Shown: piece by piece, positions 33,952-35,241 of the stretch | Layout of the letters: each line of letters begins with the position of its first letter | Numbering within the stretch: the first letter of the stretch is position 1 | DNA from: Chthoniobacterales bacterium | GTDB taxonomy: Bacteria > Verrucomicrobiota > Verrucomicrobiia > Chthoniobacterales > UBA10450 | Direction of reading: 5' to 3' | NCBI GenBank assembly: GCA_040005675.1 | Contig: JBDTYN010000090.1 | Span: forward strand, 1 to 35,241 | DNA length: 35,241 nt | Translations under genes and position numbers: made by a program | Notes under the pieces: model-generated | What the model was told of the DNA's origin: nothing | Database searches by the model: none | The model's input: only the letters and a program-made list of their open reading frames with translations

Positions 33952-33985
33952 TGTGCGCCTGGCAGTCGAAGACCGCCGTTACGAT

Positions 33986-35241
33986 TTAACCCGGAATTTC
34001 TTTCAGCATCTGGGCGTTCGTCGGGAATTTTTTCACGAACATCAGAAGCCGTTCGATCGCCTCACCCGGTTTGTGACCTGCCAGGCCCCGCCGGATCATA
34101 TTAATTTTTTCCAGCTCCCAGGGTTGCAGGAGCAGTTCCTCCCGGCGCGTGCCGGAGAGGAAAATATCAACTGCTGGATAAGTGCGCTGATCACTGATTT
34201 TCCGGTCCAGCACTAGCTCCATGTTGCCGGTGCCTTTGAATTCCTGAAAAATCAGTTCGTCCATCCGGCTGCCGGTGTCGATCAAGGCGGTCGCGACGAT
34301 TGTCAGTGAGCCGGCTTCTTCAGTATTTCGCGCGGCGGCAAAAAGCTTCCGCGGGATTTCCATGGCGCGGGCGTCGATACCGCCGCTCATGGTGCGCCCG
34401 CCACCACCGGTCGCATTATTGAAAGCGCGCGCTGTGCGCGTGATTGAATCGAGAAGAATGAATACATCCTTCCCGGCTTCGACGAGGCGTTTAGCCCGTT
34501 CGATTGCCAGCTGCGCAATGCGCGTGTGACTCTTGATGTCGCTATCGTTCGAACTGGCCATGATTTCCGCTTTTGGGCACGAGCGGCGAAAATCGGTTAC
34601 TTCCTCCGGCCGTTCATCGACGAGGAGAATGATGAGTTTCATTTCCGGGTGGTTCTTCACCACCGCATCCGCGATGTGGTGCAACAGCGTCGTCTTTCCC
34701 GTGCGTGGCGGCGCGACGATCAGACCCCGCTGCCCCATGCCCAGCGGCGTCATCAGATCCATGATCCGCGTGGTGTAACGATCCGGAACGGTTTCCAGCG
34801 TGATCCGGCGATTCGGATTAATCGTGGTGAGTTCTTCAAAAGGACGCAGCCCCTGATATTTTGGTGGCTCGTCGTCATTGATCTTCAACAGCCGCATCAA
34901 CTGCGGACCGCGATTGCCGCGGCGCGTCTCGCCCTGGATCCACATGCCGTCGCGGAGCGCAAAACGGCGTACGATCTCCGGCGTGACAAAGATATCCTGA
35001 GGGGTCTGCACGAAATTGCGCTTGGCATCGCGGAGAAAGCCGAAGCCTTTGCCCGAAATTTCGATGACGCCTTCACCCGGTTCCAGCTCAACCATCTGTT
35101 CGCCATTGGGGGGGGCGTCGTAACCGCGATCGTTCGGGCCGCTGCCGGTGCGGGTCGTCTCGCCGGCGTTACCCGGGCCTGAGCTCGCGTCGCTGCTATG
35201 ATTTCCTTCAGACTGTGTCTGCCCCTGCGGTCCAACACCCG
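33986..35241 (-). CDS. rho: Transcription termination factor Rho (5' end outside the window)
   Basis: Contains the CSD-like RNA-binding domain GVIEISGKGFGFLRD, Walker A PPRTGKTTLL, LLVDERPEEV, and the C-terminal GTGNMELVLDR. The reading frame stays open upstream of Met 35095 to the window edge (...GPNDRGYDAPPNGEQ-MVELEPG), so the N-terminus is truncated by the window. Confidence 0.93.
   Translation of the reverse strand, partial: GVGPQGQTQSEGNHSSDASSGPGNAGETTRTGSGPNDRGYDAPPNGEQMVELEPGEGVIEISGKGFGFLRDAKRNFVQTPQDIFVTPEIVRRFALRDGMWIQGETRRGNRGPQLMRLLKINDDEPPKYQGLRPFEELTTINPNRRITLETVPDRYTTRIMDLMTPLGMGQRGLIVAPPRTGKTTLLHHIADAVVKNHPEMKLIILLVDERPEEVTDFRRSCPKAEIMASSNDSDIKSHTRIAQLAIERAKRLVEAGKDVFILLDSITRTARAFNNATGGGGRTMSGGIDARAMEIPRKLFAAARNTEEAGSLTIVATALIDTGSRMDELIFQEFKGTGNMELVLDRKISDQRTYPAVDIFLSGTRREELLLQPWELEKINMIRRGLAGHKPGEAIERLLMFVKKFPTNAQMLKEIPG

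Noticed and set aside
1-35241. Search for CRISPR arrays, tRNA/rRNA genes, IS elements, integrases, toxin-antitoxin pairs, or known defence genes.
   Set aside because: I found no direct-repeat/spacer arrays, no cloverleaf-compatible non-coding gaps (the largest gap is about 230 bp), and no transposase, recombinase, nuclease or NTPase defence signatures among the translated ORFs.

Overview
This is a 35.2-kb, gene-dense chromosomal segment. I call about 33 CDS, almost no non-coding DNA, and roughly 60% G+C by hand counts. Many genes use GTG or TTG starts, and several overlap by 4 nt. The gene content suggests a diderm soil bacterium: lipoprotein and Sec signal peptides, an ADP-heptose gene, and a Rho with a low-complexity N-terminal insert. 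It is reminiscent of Verrucomicrobiota/Acidobacteriota-like lineages, but taxonomy cannot be proven from this sequence alone.

Gene content, left to right:
- ResB-like gene tail, DUF1353 lipoprotein, secreted D-aminoacylase-family amidohydrolase, Gre-factor homolog, secreted tandem retropepsin-like protease.
- livKHMGF branched-chain amino-acid ABC transporter.
- DUF4912 protein, lipid kinase (DAGK/YegS family) coupled to hldC, purN.
- mnmG-plsY-gpsA on the minus strand, TVP38/DedA-like membrane protein, secreted cyclase plus bifunctional homocysteine methyltransferase/MTHFR.
- A four-gene cluster: SAM methyltransferase, DUF2064 (CofC-like), SDR epimerase, GT2.
- A polytopic sulfite-oxidase-family Mo enzyme, mutM, trxB, a GT4-GNAT-second lipid kinase module, rhomboid protease, glnE, DUF4112, and rho running off the right edge.

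I see no rRNA, tRNA, CRISPR array, transposase, integrase or phage genes.

Most notable non-routine signals:
1. An 80-90 bp hairpin-forming (REPIN/MITE-like) repeat sits in three same-strand intergenic gaps. Two copies are inside the liv operon, and one reaches to 3 nt before the livF start codon.
2. The methyltransferase-DUF2064-epimerase-GT2 cluster is an orphan small-molecule or glycoconjugate pathway. Its epimerase carries a Cys/His insertion.
3. A secreted single-chain protein carries two complete retropepsin (DTGA) domains.
4. An Mo oxidoreductase has several TM helices ahead of an internal twin-arginine motif.
5. Two DAGK-family lipid kinase paralogs each sit in a sugar/lipid context.

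No recognisable defence or mobile system is present. All functional calls rest on motif recognition by eye and need HMM/BLAST confirmation.
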